A stretch of 64,000 nt of DNA from Aureliella sp. (GTDB lineage Bacteria; Planctomycetota; Planctomycetia; Pirellulales; Pirellulaceae), in contig OY829846.1 in assembly GCA_963691875.1 (NCBI GenBank), forward strand, positions 1,248,001-1,312,000, in the 5' to 3' direction. This document shows positions 52,366 to 61,264 of this stretch, piece by piece (the stretch's first letter is position 1; every line of letters begins with the position of its first letter). The notes under the pieces are model-generated. The model did no database searches and had not been told where the DNA came from. It saw only the letters and a list, made by a program, of their open reading frames with translations. The position numbers and the translations under genes were made by a program.

Positions 52366-52635
52366 CATTGCACATATTTCCGCAACTGAGCGTTACGGCC
52401 CCGTCCGTATCAGAGGGACTTGCTTCGACCCCCCTCGACGCGAGTACCTTGTTTTTATGTGGCTGATGGTTGACGTCGCACGTTTAAGTCTGCCGCCTAC
52501 CACGACAAAGAGCACGCCGACGACCCACGCCGTCTCCTGCAATACTGGATCGGTGTTAATTCTTTGAAAATCTTTCCCTCTCCGGTTCGGCCTACTGTTG
52601 AAGTGATTGAAGAAGCGACTGGTTTGTTGCGAGAT

Positions 52636-52866
52636 TTATTCGGAGAATAGGAGATGCTGAGCAGCCTCCTGCAAGCACTCAGCGAATGAGTCTTGACCAC
52701 CTGCCAGCTCGATCGCCCTTGCTCGACGCAGCAAAGTACCCCACTTCAAATCAAAATAGTCACAGATCTTGCGAGCCAATTGAAGATCGAAATCGCTTAC
52801 GCCACCCAAAGTCACTGTTGCATTTGGCATGTAGCCGTCAACTTCGTTTATGCGAGCCTCTATCAT
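52636..52866 (-). CDS. Small hypothetical protein, possibly an HTH fragment
   Basis: LARKICDYFDLKWGTLL resembles the end of an XRE-type HTH. Confidence 0.35.
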   Translation of the reverse strand: MIEARINEVDGYMPNATVTLGGVSDFDLQLARKICDYFDLKWGTLLRRARAIELAGGQDSFAECLQEAAQHLLFSE

Positions 52867-53015
52867 GCTAAAACTATAAGCCTTCCGTCAACACGGCAGC
52901 TAATCGTTCAGACGCTTGAATAGCTCTCAGTTGTGCAATGCGACCGGCTTGTTTGAGATAGCCCAAGTTCTGACCAACCGAGCGACCTGCCTGCTCAGGT
53001 TAATTTTTAACGAAC

Positions 53016-53567
53016 TTATTCGGTCGCAGCCAAAGTGCCTATCAGCAAATGACTCTTGCCTTTGGCGAGAGATTCAATCGAAGCCTGTAAGCCTTTGAAC
53101 CCGAACGGTTTGAAGGCTTTTCTTATTTCATCCGTGAGGCGTTCGTTGAGGTCATCTCGGTCAGATAGATCCTCGTAAGAGGTGCGAGAGATCACATCAC
53201 AGATACAGCTCAGGCCGATCGCTGCCAGCGTGTCGTCAATGTCATCCGTTTTGACGAAAGCTCTCGTCATTGCAGACTCGCTTTCGAACGGTCGAATACG
53301 AACACTGCCGTCGACAAAGACAGTCTTACCGCAGGCTGTATCACAGAACTGCTCGGGCAACGGGAGTAGGGATTCACCCACGAAGTGAGTTTCCACCTGC
53401 GTTCGAATCGGCCAATACCAGTGATTACCTGCCTCAAGAAATGTCACCTCTGTCATCCCTTTGAACTTCAACCCCACATGCTCAGGCGGTACTTGGATGC
53501 GCTGCGGAATGAGATCGCCGACTAACTCAATGACACTGGTGAAGGCAGAGAGAAAGGAGAGATTCAT
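53016..53567 (-). CDS. SPFH/Band-7 domain protein
   Basis: VPPEHVGLKF, LEAGNHWYWP, T..GKTVFVD, R..LNERL...FG. Confidence 0.7.
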   Translation of the reverse strand: MNLSFLSAFTSVIELVGDLIPQRIQVPPEHVGLKFKGMTEVTFLEAGNHWYWPIRTQVETHFVGESLLPLPEQFCDTACGKTVFVDGSVRIRPFESESAMTRAFVKTDDIDDTLAAIGLSCICDVISRTSYEDLSDRDDLNERLTDEIRKAFKPFGFKGLQASIESLAKGKSHLLIGTLAATE

Positions 53568-53642
53568 TTTTTCCGCTTTTTGAAGATTGAGAGCAGCCCT
53601 AAGATGTTTCCAACGCTGTTATAGATCGCGAAGAAGAAGGCT

Positions 53643-53921
53643 GTGATGCAGAGTAGGATTGCGGCGATGGAGGACTTTCAAAAAAACCTTGCAGACGTAG
53701 AGTCTGACATTGGTTCTGCGGAAAGAATTGCCGCCGTCATAGAAGCAGCAAGACTTCGTCTGGCGGATAGCAAAAAAGGGCTATCAGAAGGCGTAGTACG
53801 CGAGCTCGCAAAAAATAAGATGAACGCTTCGTCAAGGATGGCGAATCGTAACAACCAGCAGCTCAAGGAAGGCTTTACCGATGAATTTAGTGGTTCTAAC
53901 TCTGGGGTTGATATTAGGTAG
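53643..53921 (+). CDS. Hypothetical helical protein
   Basis: ORF only; overlaps the next gene. Confidence 0.35.
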   Translation: MMQSRIAAMEDFQKNLADVESDIGSAERIAAVIEAARLRLADSKKGLSEGVVRELAKNKMNASSRMANRNNQQLKEGFTDEFSGSNSGVDIR

Positions 53922-54222
53922 TGGACAAGTTTGCTTCGACTGTGAGGAAGAGTTTTGGGCGATGACGACAGCCCAAAATATCTACGATGAAGCCCTCACA
54001 TTCGCAACGGCGGCAGAGCAAACTTATCAAGCCAATCCGACAGATGAAAACTATGGTGCTTGGGTCGGAGCACTTACAGTTCTGCTAGCCGCCGAGATGA
54101 CCCTCGATAACGCCATGACGGCTTATTCTGACTGCATGCTCGAAACAGGCGGTGGTCCCATTTTCAACGCCGAGTTAATGTCTTCAACGCGATCGATACT
54201 CGACACCGATATCACCCAGTGA
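53881..54222 (+). CDS. Small secreted helical protein (YxANPTxEN family)
   Basis: RBS AAGG, hydrophobic N-terminus, CFDC, YQANPTDEN; followed by a terminator. Confidence 0.7.
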   Translation: MNLVVLTLGLILGSGQVCFDCEEEFWAMTTAQNIYDEALTFATAAEQTYQANPTDENYGAWVGALTVLLAAEMTLDNAMTAYSDCMLETGGGPIFNAELMSSTRSILDTDITQ

Positions 54223-54253
54223 ACGACTTGAGTAGTTCTCCACCGGTATTTTG

Positions 54254-54287
54254 AAACCCGTCTGGCTGTTAGCTAGGCGGGTTTTTT
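54254..54287 (+). terminator. Rho-independent terminator
   Basis: AAACCCGTCTGGCT / AGCTAGGCGGGTTT stem plus T run. Confidence 0.8.
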
Positions 54288-54390
54288 CTTTTAGGTTGAG
54301 CGAAAAAGCTGTGCCTACGCGACGCCCTTTTAGTCTTGCATAGACCTCTGGTTCGTGTATCCTCTACGACCTGTCAGGTCATGAGAATGC

Positions 54391-54507
54391 TGGTTCCGGT
54401 AAGCCGATATTTCTGGTTCCGGATCAACAAGAGCTGGTTCCGGAACAGCAACGATTGGTTCCGGTTAAATCTTTTTTTGGTTCCGGTAAAACCGATTCTG
54501 GTTCCGG
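54391..54507. repeat. Six phased TGGTTCCGG direct repeats
   Basis: Starts at 54391, 54414, 54435, 54456, 54478, 54499 (spacing 23, 21, 21, 22, 21). Confidence 0.95.
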
Positions 54508-54638
54508 TATCAGGCCAAACCAAGCAGCACCAAGCCCTATTTAGGCAAAATAGGAAAGCTGCGAGGGGCGGAAGAAAGCAACGGTTTCAGCACTCTCATC
54601 GCCGTAAACTACTGCTGAGCAAAGACTTACGAACACCT

Positions 54639-54722
54639 GCCCAGGTGGCGGAATTGGCAGACGCGCAACGTTGAGGTCGTTGTGGGGGAAACCCCTTGCT
54701 GGTTCAACTCCAGTCCTGGGCA
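54639..54722 (+). tRNA. tRNA-Leu(GAG)
   Basis: Acceptor GCCCAGG/CCTGGGC + A73, anticodon arm CAACG-TTGAGGT-CGTTG, long variable arm, T arm with GGTTCAA; CCA not encoded. Confidence 0.97.
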
Positions 54723-54729
54723 CCTAATG

Positions 54730-54764
54730 ACGGATGTGCTTGCACGCAGGCACATCCGTTTTTT
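54730..54764 (+). terminator. Terminator after tRNA-Leu
   Basis: ACGGATGTGCTTGC / GCAGGCACATCCGT stem plus T run. Confidence 0.85.
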
Positions 54765-54928
54765 CATGCGCCCGATCGCGACAGCAGAATTCCTGACGGC
54801 CAACTTCGCCGCTTCCCAGCGAGTAGCATTGCTTGCAATTGGTCATTCAGTCTAGCGAGAGCTCATCGGAATCTGGTAATCACCCACCCTGGATTTCAAT
54901 TTTGCTTGCAGCACAGAAGATCGCCGTG

Positions 54929-55651
54929 ATGAAAACGATAAGTGTAGCCCTTTGCCTTTGCGTGTTTGCGAGTCTTACGGGGTGCATGGATGGTCCCTTC
55001 TATCAACTGAAACGAATCAACCCTTACTACATGACAGAGTGGCGGAAGGATAGCGACCGAGCTCCGACCTATCATGAGCGAATCGCAGAACTAAAGGCTC
55101 TCGAATCTCAGATCGCTGGCATGGGGCCGACCGAACAGGAAGAGTGGGCGCTAAGACTGGAGAAGCTTGTTAAGGATGATCCTTCCCCGGAGATTCGGCG
55201 GCAATCGGTACGGTGTGCTGCGAAGATTACCAGCCAAACGAGTACACGGATCTTAAACGCAGCCTCGGGTGACGATGTTGACAAAGTTCGCCTAGCCGCA
55301 TGCGACGCTTGGAAAGATCGTCAAGATGAACCGGCAAAGGCAATGTTGCTTTCCCTAGCAAAATCCGACTCGGAGAGTAGTGTACGACAAGCAGCCATCG
55401 AAGGTCTGGGGCAGTTTGAAGACCCCGAAGTCATACGCAATCTAAGCACGCTGCTGGACGACCGAAGTCCTGCTGTGGTCTACAACGTGACACAGTCTTT
55501 GGCTAACATCACTGGGCAAGAGCATGGTGGTAACGTGCAGGCGTGGAAGAATTACTTGCGTACAACCCTACCGGCTGCCGTCCAGCCAAATGCAAACTCG
55601 CCCATCATGACCGCGTCCGGTGAGATCGGGATTCCTTCCAATTCTCGCTAG
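54929..55651 (+). CDS. HEAT-repeat lipoprotein
   Basis: Lipobox LTGC; repeats D.SPEIR, DKVRLAAC, SSVRQAAIEGLG, DRSPAV. Confidence 0.85.
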   Translation: MKTISVALCLCVFASLTGCMDGPFYQLKRINPYYMTEWRKDSDRAPTYHERIAELKALESQIAGMGPTEQEEWALRLEKLVKDDPSPEIRRQSVRCAAKITSQTSTRILNAASGDDVDKVRLAACDAWKDRQDEPAKAMLLSLAKSDSESSVRQAAIEGLGQFEDPEVIRNLSTLLDDRSPAVVYNVTQSLANITGQEHGGNVQAWKNYLRTTLPAAVQPNANSPIMTASGEIGIPSNSR

Positions 55652-55973
55652 CAGGTCCGGTGAGCTGAGCCCTAATTGCTAAAGCCTGCTCATAGCTTTG
55701 CTCATTCAGGTCGATTGCGTCAAGCTTCAGAATCGGGTTTACGTTTCCCGAATCATCCTCCTCCTTCAAGCTCCCTTGGATTGCCAACGGGAACTATTTC
55801 TATTTTCATAGCTCGACGTCTAAGTCATTGATATTAATGACTTTGCGATTCCGAGGTTCGCGAGAGATCAAAGGTAAGCGCCTTGAGCTCACAGCAAAAT
55901 GGCCCAAAGAGGCAGCAATGAAGTGACGGGAGCACGATCGACCCCCAACCGAACTGCGATCTAAGGGGATGTA

Positions 55974-57596
55974 GTGATGAGCGTGATGACTTCTACAAAT
56001 GGTCTTATTCTAAGCCAGCTTGATTCTGCATCAGGCGACAAAAGCGAGTCGCCTAGGACCGATGCAACCCAATACACCGATGCTTATTCCGATAAACTCT
56101 GGCATCGCCTCGAGCGTTTTGAGCTCAACCTTCCTGAGAGCGGCTTGAATTTCACCGAGCGGCTCGCGAAAGAGAATGGCTGGCGGTTGGATTACGCGGA
56201 GCGTGTGATCGCAGAATACAAACGCTTTGTTTACCTCGCCATGCGTTCTGGACACGTCGCTTGCCCTTCAGAAGACGTTGACCAAGTTTGGCATATGCAT
56301 CTTACCTACACCCGCAGCTACTGGGACGAGCTGTGTGGTGAGGTCTTGATGACCCCGTTGCACCACGGTCCGACCAAGGGTGGTAGTGAAGAGCGGGAGA
56401 AGTACTTTCAGCTTTACTTGCGCACCAAGAACTCTTACGAACTATTCTTTGCATCAAATCCACCAGAGGATATTTGGCCGCCGGCTGAACGACGCTTCGG
56501 TGAAGACCTTCATCATGTGCGTGTCAACGCGGCAACCCACTGGATCATACCCAAGTTGACCAACAGGCTGGGATGGCGAAGCGTCGGCTATGGAGCAGCA
56601 AGCATCGGAATCGCTCTCCCACTGGCGCAACTTGCTGCCAACCCATTGAACTGGACCGGCCCACAGTTCCTGATCCTGTTTATCTCACTCGTGGTAATTG
56701 CTTCGACCAGCAGCATGATCCTGACGAGATTGTTGGCAAGCGGCAGCATCTATGACTTTCGCCCGGAGGACCCCAATGAATTGGGGCCCGTCGAATTGGC
56801 TTGGCTAGATGGCGGGGAACAACGTGTACTTGCAACGGCACTCCTGGAACTTCAGCAGCACCAGGCCGTGATCCTGGACAACGCACTGGTCCGACCAGGG
56901 CCAAGGATTGAAGAGTACAGGACCGAAAATCGAATCAATGAGTTGATCCTGAATAGCTTGAGGATAGCCGAGCATGGAAGGACTTGGCGAGCATTGGCTC
57001 GGGATGCAAAAGTGGGGATGGTTTCTCTTCGCCAACGATTGGAAAGCAAGGGACTACTGGTAGAACAGCGCCAACGTGCCACTGCAGTGGCTGCTACGTT
57101 GCTGCTCGTAGGTGGAACAGCCTTGTTTGGCGCGGCGAAAATCTGGGCTGGAATTTCCCGCGAACGTCCGATCGGAATACTAGTCGTTTTTGAAGTACTT
57201 GCGGTTGTAACGCTGATTGCTTTGATCGCGACATTGCCAAGAGTGACTGCCGCTGGGAAACAACTGCTACGTAAAATCAGAGATCAACTGAAGCAGAATC
57301 CCAATCAACTCATCGCAAGTGGTTCCAACGGACAGAATCCTAAATCGCATGACGAGCTTAACGACTCAGATGCCGTGCTTCTCTGGGGTGCGTCGGCCCT
57401 CGGAATGGGTTACTTGACATCGACGCCGTACGAAGAACTCGGCGCCTTTACCCAGCAAAGCATAGCGGACCCAAGAAACGCTTCGGCCGGTGGTTGTGGC
57501 GGAACCGGTTGCGGAGGCGATTCAGGCTGCAGTGGCGGTGGTGGTGGATGCGGCGGTGGAGGAGGCTGTGGCGGTTGCGGAGGATGTGGTGGCTAG
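55974..57596 (+). CDS. TIGR04222-type membrane protein with N-terminal glycine-rich-domain/DUF1399-like region and Cys-Gly tail
   Basis: EYKRF..L..PS..VDQVWH.H..YT..Y, LHHGP; GPQFL, ELAWLDGG, RPIGIL, T..G..L; C-terminal CGG repeats. Confidence 0.82.
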   Translation: MMSVMTSTNGLILSQLDSASGDKSESPRTDATQYTDAYSDKLWHRLERFELNLPESGLNFTERLAKENGWRLDYAERVIAEYKRFVYLAMRSGHVACPSEDVDQVWHMHLTYTRSYWDELCGEVLMTPLHHGPTKGGSEEREKYFQLYLRTKNSYELFFASNPPEDIWPPAERRFGEDLHHVRVNAATHWIIPKLTNRLGWRSVGYGAASIGIALPLAQLAANPLNWTGPQFLILFISLVVIASTSSMILTRLLASGSIYDFRPEDPNELGPVELAWLDGGEQRVLATALLELQQHQAVILDNALVRPGPRIEEYRTENRINELILNSLRIAEHGRTWRALARDAKVGMVSLRQRLESKGLLVEQRQRATAVAATLLLVGGTALFGAAKIWAGISRERPIGILVVFEVLAVVTLIALIATLPRVTAAGKQLLRKIRDQLKQNPNQLIASGSNGQNPKSHDELNDSDAVLLWGASALGMGYLTSTPYEELGAFTQQSIADPRNASAGGCGGTGCGGDSGCSGGGGGCGGGGGCGGCGGCGG

Positions 57597-57778
57597 AATC
57601 TGCAAGATTTGCGGTCGCAGTTGACTCATTCGGGAGGAAACTGGACGAAGCATGACCAGCGGCAAATTTTCTTTCGTCGGCTGCAATCCGTTCATGGTCA
57701 AGAATCAACAAGTGAGATACGATCTTGCTTTTGATCAGCCTCATGCGAGGCGCGACTAGCTAACGGAACGAACTGGCG

Positions 57779-58714
57779 ATGAGTGATTCGATCTTTTGCG
57801 GCTGCATCCCAGCCCTCATGACCCCTTGTGACGCCGATGGAACCCCCGATTGGGATGCATTGGTTGAGACTGGCAAGCAGTTGATCAGCGCAGGTATGCG
57901 AGGCGTCGTTTACTGTGGATCGATGGGCGACTGGCCTCTACTATCTGATGCTCAACGCCAAGAGGGCGTCAAGCGTTTGGTGAAAGCAGGTGTGCCAGTT
58001 GTTGTCGGTACCGGAGCCCAGAATCCGCGTCTTGCAACGGAACACGCAGCCCATGCTGCTGAGGTCGGCGCAGCTGGCTTGATGGTCATTCCGCGTGTTT
58101 TGTCGCGAGGAATTTCACCAGCTGCCCAGTACCATCACTTCTCGTCGATTCTTGCTACGGCGAAGGATATCCCTGCAGTAATTTACAACAGCCCTTACTA
58201 CGGCTTCGAAACCAAAGCTGATCTGTTCTTCCAGCTACGCGAGCAACACCAGAACTTGATTGGATTCAAGGAGTTCGGCGGTGCCGAGTCGTTGACCTAT
58301 GCCGCTGAGCATATCACTTCGGGCGATCCGAATCTAACCTTGATGGTTGGAGTGGACACACAAGTGTTTCATGGGTTTGTACACTGTGGCGCTGGCGGGG
58401 CCATCACTGGCGTCGGTAACGCTCTGCCAGAGGAAGTCCTGCGTTTGGTAGAGCTGTGCGAAGCCGCCGCAGCGGGTGATGTTCAGGCGCGACGTTACGC
58501 CGGAGAACTAAACACTGCGTTAGCAGTGCTGTCCAAGTACGATGAAGGTCCTGACCTTGTTCTGTACTACAAACGCTTAATGGTTCTGGAAGGCCACTCT
58601 GCCTACGAGCATCAGCTGAACGCGACAGACAAGCTTAGCCCAAGTCAACAAGCCTTTCTCGACGACCAGTGGAAGCAGTTTAGGACTTGGTGGGAAAAGT
58701 GGGAAGGCAAGTAG
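57779..58714 (+). CDS. DHDPS-family protein, likely Delta1-pyrroline-4-hydroxy-2-carboxylate deaminase
   Basis: GSMGDW, YNSPYY, GFKEFGG; adjacent to the Hyp epimerase. Confidence 0.8.
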   Translation: MSDSIFCGCIPALMTPCDADGTPDWDALVETGKQLISAGMRGVVYCGSMGDWPLLSDAQRQEGVKRLVKAGVPVVVGTGAQNPRLATEHAAHAAEVGAAGLMVIPRVLSRGISPAAQYHHFSSILATAKDIPAVIYNSPYYGFETKADLFFQLREQHQNLIGFKEFGGAESLTYAAEHITSGDPNLTLMVGVDTQVFHGFVHCGAGGAITGVGNALPEEVLRLVELCEAAAAGDVQARRYAGELNTALAVLSKYDEGPDLVLYYKRLMVLEGHSAYEHQLNATDKLSPSQQAFLDDQWKQFRTWWEKWEGK

Positions 58715-58839
58715 TCTTCCCCTCCCTGGATGCCGCTAACGAGCGCAATGCTGTTATGGCAAGTACAGGGCCACCACGGCGTTCGCCAGAGTACGTACAT
58801 CTATGCTTTGCCTTCACGATTCAATTGCATAGTTCAGTT

Positions 58840-59817
58840 ATGAAACCTCCATTCGAAATCATTCAAGTTATCGATACGCACACCGGCGGCGAACCAACGC
58901 GTGTCGTTATCGACTCGCCCATAGAGCTGTCTGGAGAGACGCTTGCCGACCAACGAAGCGACTTTGCAGCCCGATATGATGACTACCGTCGAGCCATCGT
59001 GTGCGAACCGCGAGGTAGCGATGTCATGGTGGGAGCATTGCTGACCCAACCTGTGAATCCGGAGAGCGTAGCTGGCGTCATATTCTTCAACAACGTCGGT
59101 TATCTTGGCATGTGCGGACATGGAACGATAGGCCTCGCCATCGCCCTGGAATATCAGGGCAAGATAACCAAGGGTAAATACCAGCTCGATACTCCCGTAG
59201 GCACCGTCGGCTTTGAGATGCTGAACAATAACAAGGTAGCCATCGAAAACGTACCGAGCTATCGCTTGCACCGCCAAGTCGCCGTGACTTTAGGTGGTGC
59301 TCGCGTGGTGCATGGTGACGTCGCCTGGGGTGGGAACTGGTTCTTCCTATGCGACGACCACGGCCTGGATATTGAGCCTGGAAATCTTGAAGCCTTGGCA
59401 TCGCTAAGTGCTGAGATTCGCAAGGCATTGCCGGAACAGGGAATCACTGGCTCCAACAGCGCGGAGATTGATCACATTGAGCTGATGGGACCGCCGAGCT
59501 CTCAAGATAAAGCAGATGCGAGAAACTACGTCATGTGCCCCGGTGCAGCATACGATCGCTCGCCCTGCGGTACCGGCACCAGTGCGAAAATCGCTTGTAT
59601 GGCGGCGGAAGGGCAGTTACAACCTACCCAAATCCACCGTCAGGAAAGCGTTGTGGGTAGTGTGTTTGAGACGACGTATCGAACCGACGAATCGGCTAGC
59701 ATCCCCGAGGGTGAAATTCAAATCCTGCCTCGCATAGTTGGAGAAGCATTCGTGACAGCCGACGCCAAGCTCACTCTCGACTTCGAAGATCCTTTCGGCA
59801 AAGGAATTGCGACATGA
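58840..59817 (+). CDS. 4-hydroxyproline 2-epimerase (proline racemase family)
   Basis: DTHTGGEPTR, EPRG, GMCGHG and DRSPCGTGT (both catalytic Cys), GGNWF. Confidence 0.9.
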   Translation: MKPPFEIIQVIDTHTGGEPTRVVIDSPIELSGETLADQRSDFAARYDDYRRAIVCEPRGSDVMVGALLTQPVNPESVAGVIFFNNVGYLGMCGHGTIGLAIALEYQGKITKGKYQLDTPVGTVGFEMLNNNKVAIENVPSYRLHRQVAVTLGGARVVHGDVAWGGNWFFLCDDHGLDIEPGNLEALASLSAEIRKALPEQGITGSNSAEIDHIELMGPPSSQDKADARNYVMCPGAAYDRSPCGTGTSAKIACMAAEGQLQPTQIHRQESVVGSVFETTYRTDESASIPEGEIQILPRIVGEAFVTADAKLTLDFEDPFGKGIAT

Positions 59818-61061
59818 GTGGCAAGGTAGTCATCGTAGGAGGTGGGATCATCGGCGTCAGCAGCGCTTGGTACCTCTCTCGAGCAGGTTGCGAAGTGACT
59901 GTGCTGGACCGAGCAAAGATTGGCCAAGCCTGCTCAGGTGGAAACTGTGGTTTAGTCTGCCCCAGTCACGTCCTACCACTAACCGAGCCAGGCGCCTTTA
60001 AATCAGCGATACAAGCCATGCTTTCGCGCGGAAGTCCGTTTCGCATCCAGCCCCGGCTGGATCCAGCACTCTGGAGCTGGCTTTGGAGATTCGCGAGACG
60101 CTGCAATCACAATTCGATGGTGCAGGCCGCTCACGCGATTCAAGCCATGCTGACCTCCGCCATGAGCGAGTACGAACGCTGGGTCGGCGAAGAGAAAGTC
60201 GAATGCGAGTGGCAGAAGAAGGGCTTGCTCTTCACCTATCAGAATCATCAACCCTGGAAAGACTACTCGGAAACGAACGACCTGCTCTCAGAGCACTTCG
60301 GCGAACCAGCACGCCAGCTCTCGGCTGAAGAAAGTGTCGAGATCGAGCCAGCCTTGAAGTCTTCCGTCGCAGGCAGCTGGTACTACGAGCATGACGCACA
60401 CCTGCGGCCCGATAAGCTGATCGCCAGCCTGCGCAGTCAGCTTGAGTCGGATGGCGTCGAGTTCCTTGAAGACTGTGAGTTCCAGCAAGTCACGGGGAGT
60501 GGCTCAATCGCTGCAAATATACAAACGTCCCAGGGGCTGTTGTCGGCTGACCAGTTCCTCTTTGCCAGCGGCGCTTGGACTCCTCTCCTAAAGGAGCATT
60601 TGGGGTGTCGCGTTCCGATCGAGCCTGGGAAAGGCTACTCGATCACGATGCCGCGTCCGCAGATCTGCCCGGATATTCCGATCATCTTTCCTGAGCATCG
60701 CGTAGCTGTAACGCCCATGCAATCGGGGTATCGCTTGGGATCCATCATGGAGTTTGCGGGCTACGACGAATCGATCAAGCCGGAACGCTTGAACCTACTA
60801 CGAGAGGGGGCCGAACACTACTTACAAGAGCCACATTGTGAACCCGAGCTGACGACCTGGTTCGGCTGGCGTCCGATGACCTACGACAGTGTCCCCGTGA
60901 TGGACGTCAGTCCGCGCTGGGGAAACACTTGGATCGCGAGCGGTCACAACATGCTTGGACTTAGCATGGCTCCATCTACTGGCAAGTTGATCAGTGAACT
61001 CATGCTTGGCAAGACGCCCCATCTGGACCCCGAGCCTTACGCGCTGAAGCGCTTCGGCTAG
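59814..61061 (+). CDS. FAD-dependent D-amino acid dehydrogenase, likely D-hydroxyproline dehydrogenase
   Basis: VIVGGGIIG, SGGNCG, GKGYS, GWRP, GH...GL; ATGA overlap with the epimerase. Confidence 0.85.
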   Translation: MSGKVVIVGGGIIGVSSAWYLSRAGCEVTVLDRAKIGQACSGGNCGLVCPSHVLPLTEPGAFKSAIQAMLSRGSPFRIQPRLDPALWSWLWRFARRCNHNSMVQAAHAIQAMLTSAMSEYERWVGEEKVECEWQKKGLLFTYQNHQPWKDYSETNDLLSEHFGEPARQLSAEESVEIEPALKSSVAGSWYYEHDAHLRPDKLIASLRSQLESDGVEFLEDCEFQQVTGSGSIAANIQTSQGLLSADQFLFASGAWTPLLKEHLGCRVPIEPGKGYSITMPRPQICPDIPIIFPEHRVAVTPMQSGYRLGSIMEFAGYDESIKPERLNLLREGAEHYLQEPHCEPELTTWFGWRPMTYDSVPVMDVSPRWGNTWIASGHNMLGLSMAPSTGKLISELMLGKTPHLDPEPYALKRFG

Positions 61062-61264
61062 GTTCTGCTACCGCTGTTTCATGCGAGTGAGTCTTCCGAA
61101 AGTGGGGATTCTTACTCTCTATCAGCTTCGCGACCGCGATTAGCCTCGGAGGCTGAAGAAGATCGACCTGTTGGTGAAGGGCGAATATAGTACACTACCA
61201 ACCTTTGAGAGCAGGGAAATGCTCTTTTAACGTCTGCTCGAACGAACTTTGAAGAGGTTGCTAC

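Larger units (their letters stand above)
49346..54683. mobile_element. Decayed prophage/integrative element in tRNA-Leu(GAG)
   Basis: Flanking 50-bp direct repeats, integrase-like N-terminus next to the left repeat, phage-type nucleotidase/exonuclease genes, arm-like repeats. Confidence 0.85.

Noticed and set aside
54391..54507. CRISPR array
   Set aside because: Repeats are 9 bp with 12-14 bp spacers, far below CRISPR dimensions, and no cas genes are in the window
54336..54929. ORFs spanning the repeat array and tRNA-Leu
   Set aside because: Their apparent WFR/LVPV repeats arise from the DNA repeats, and they overlap the tRNA
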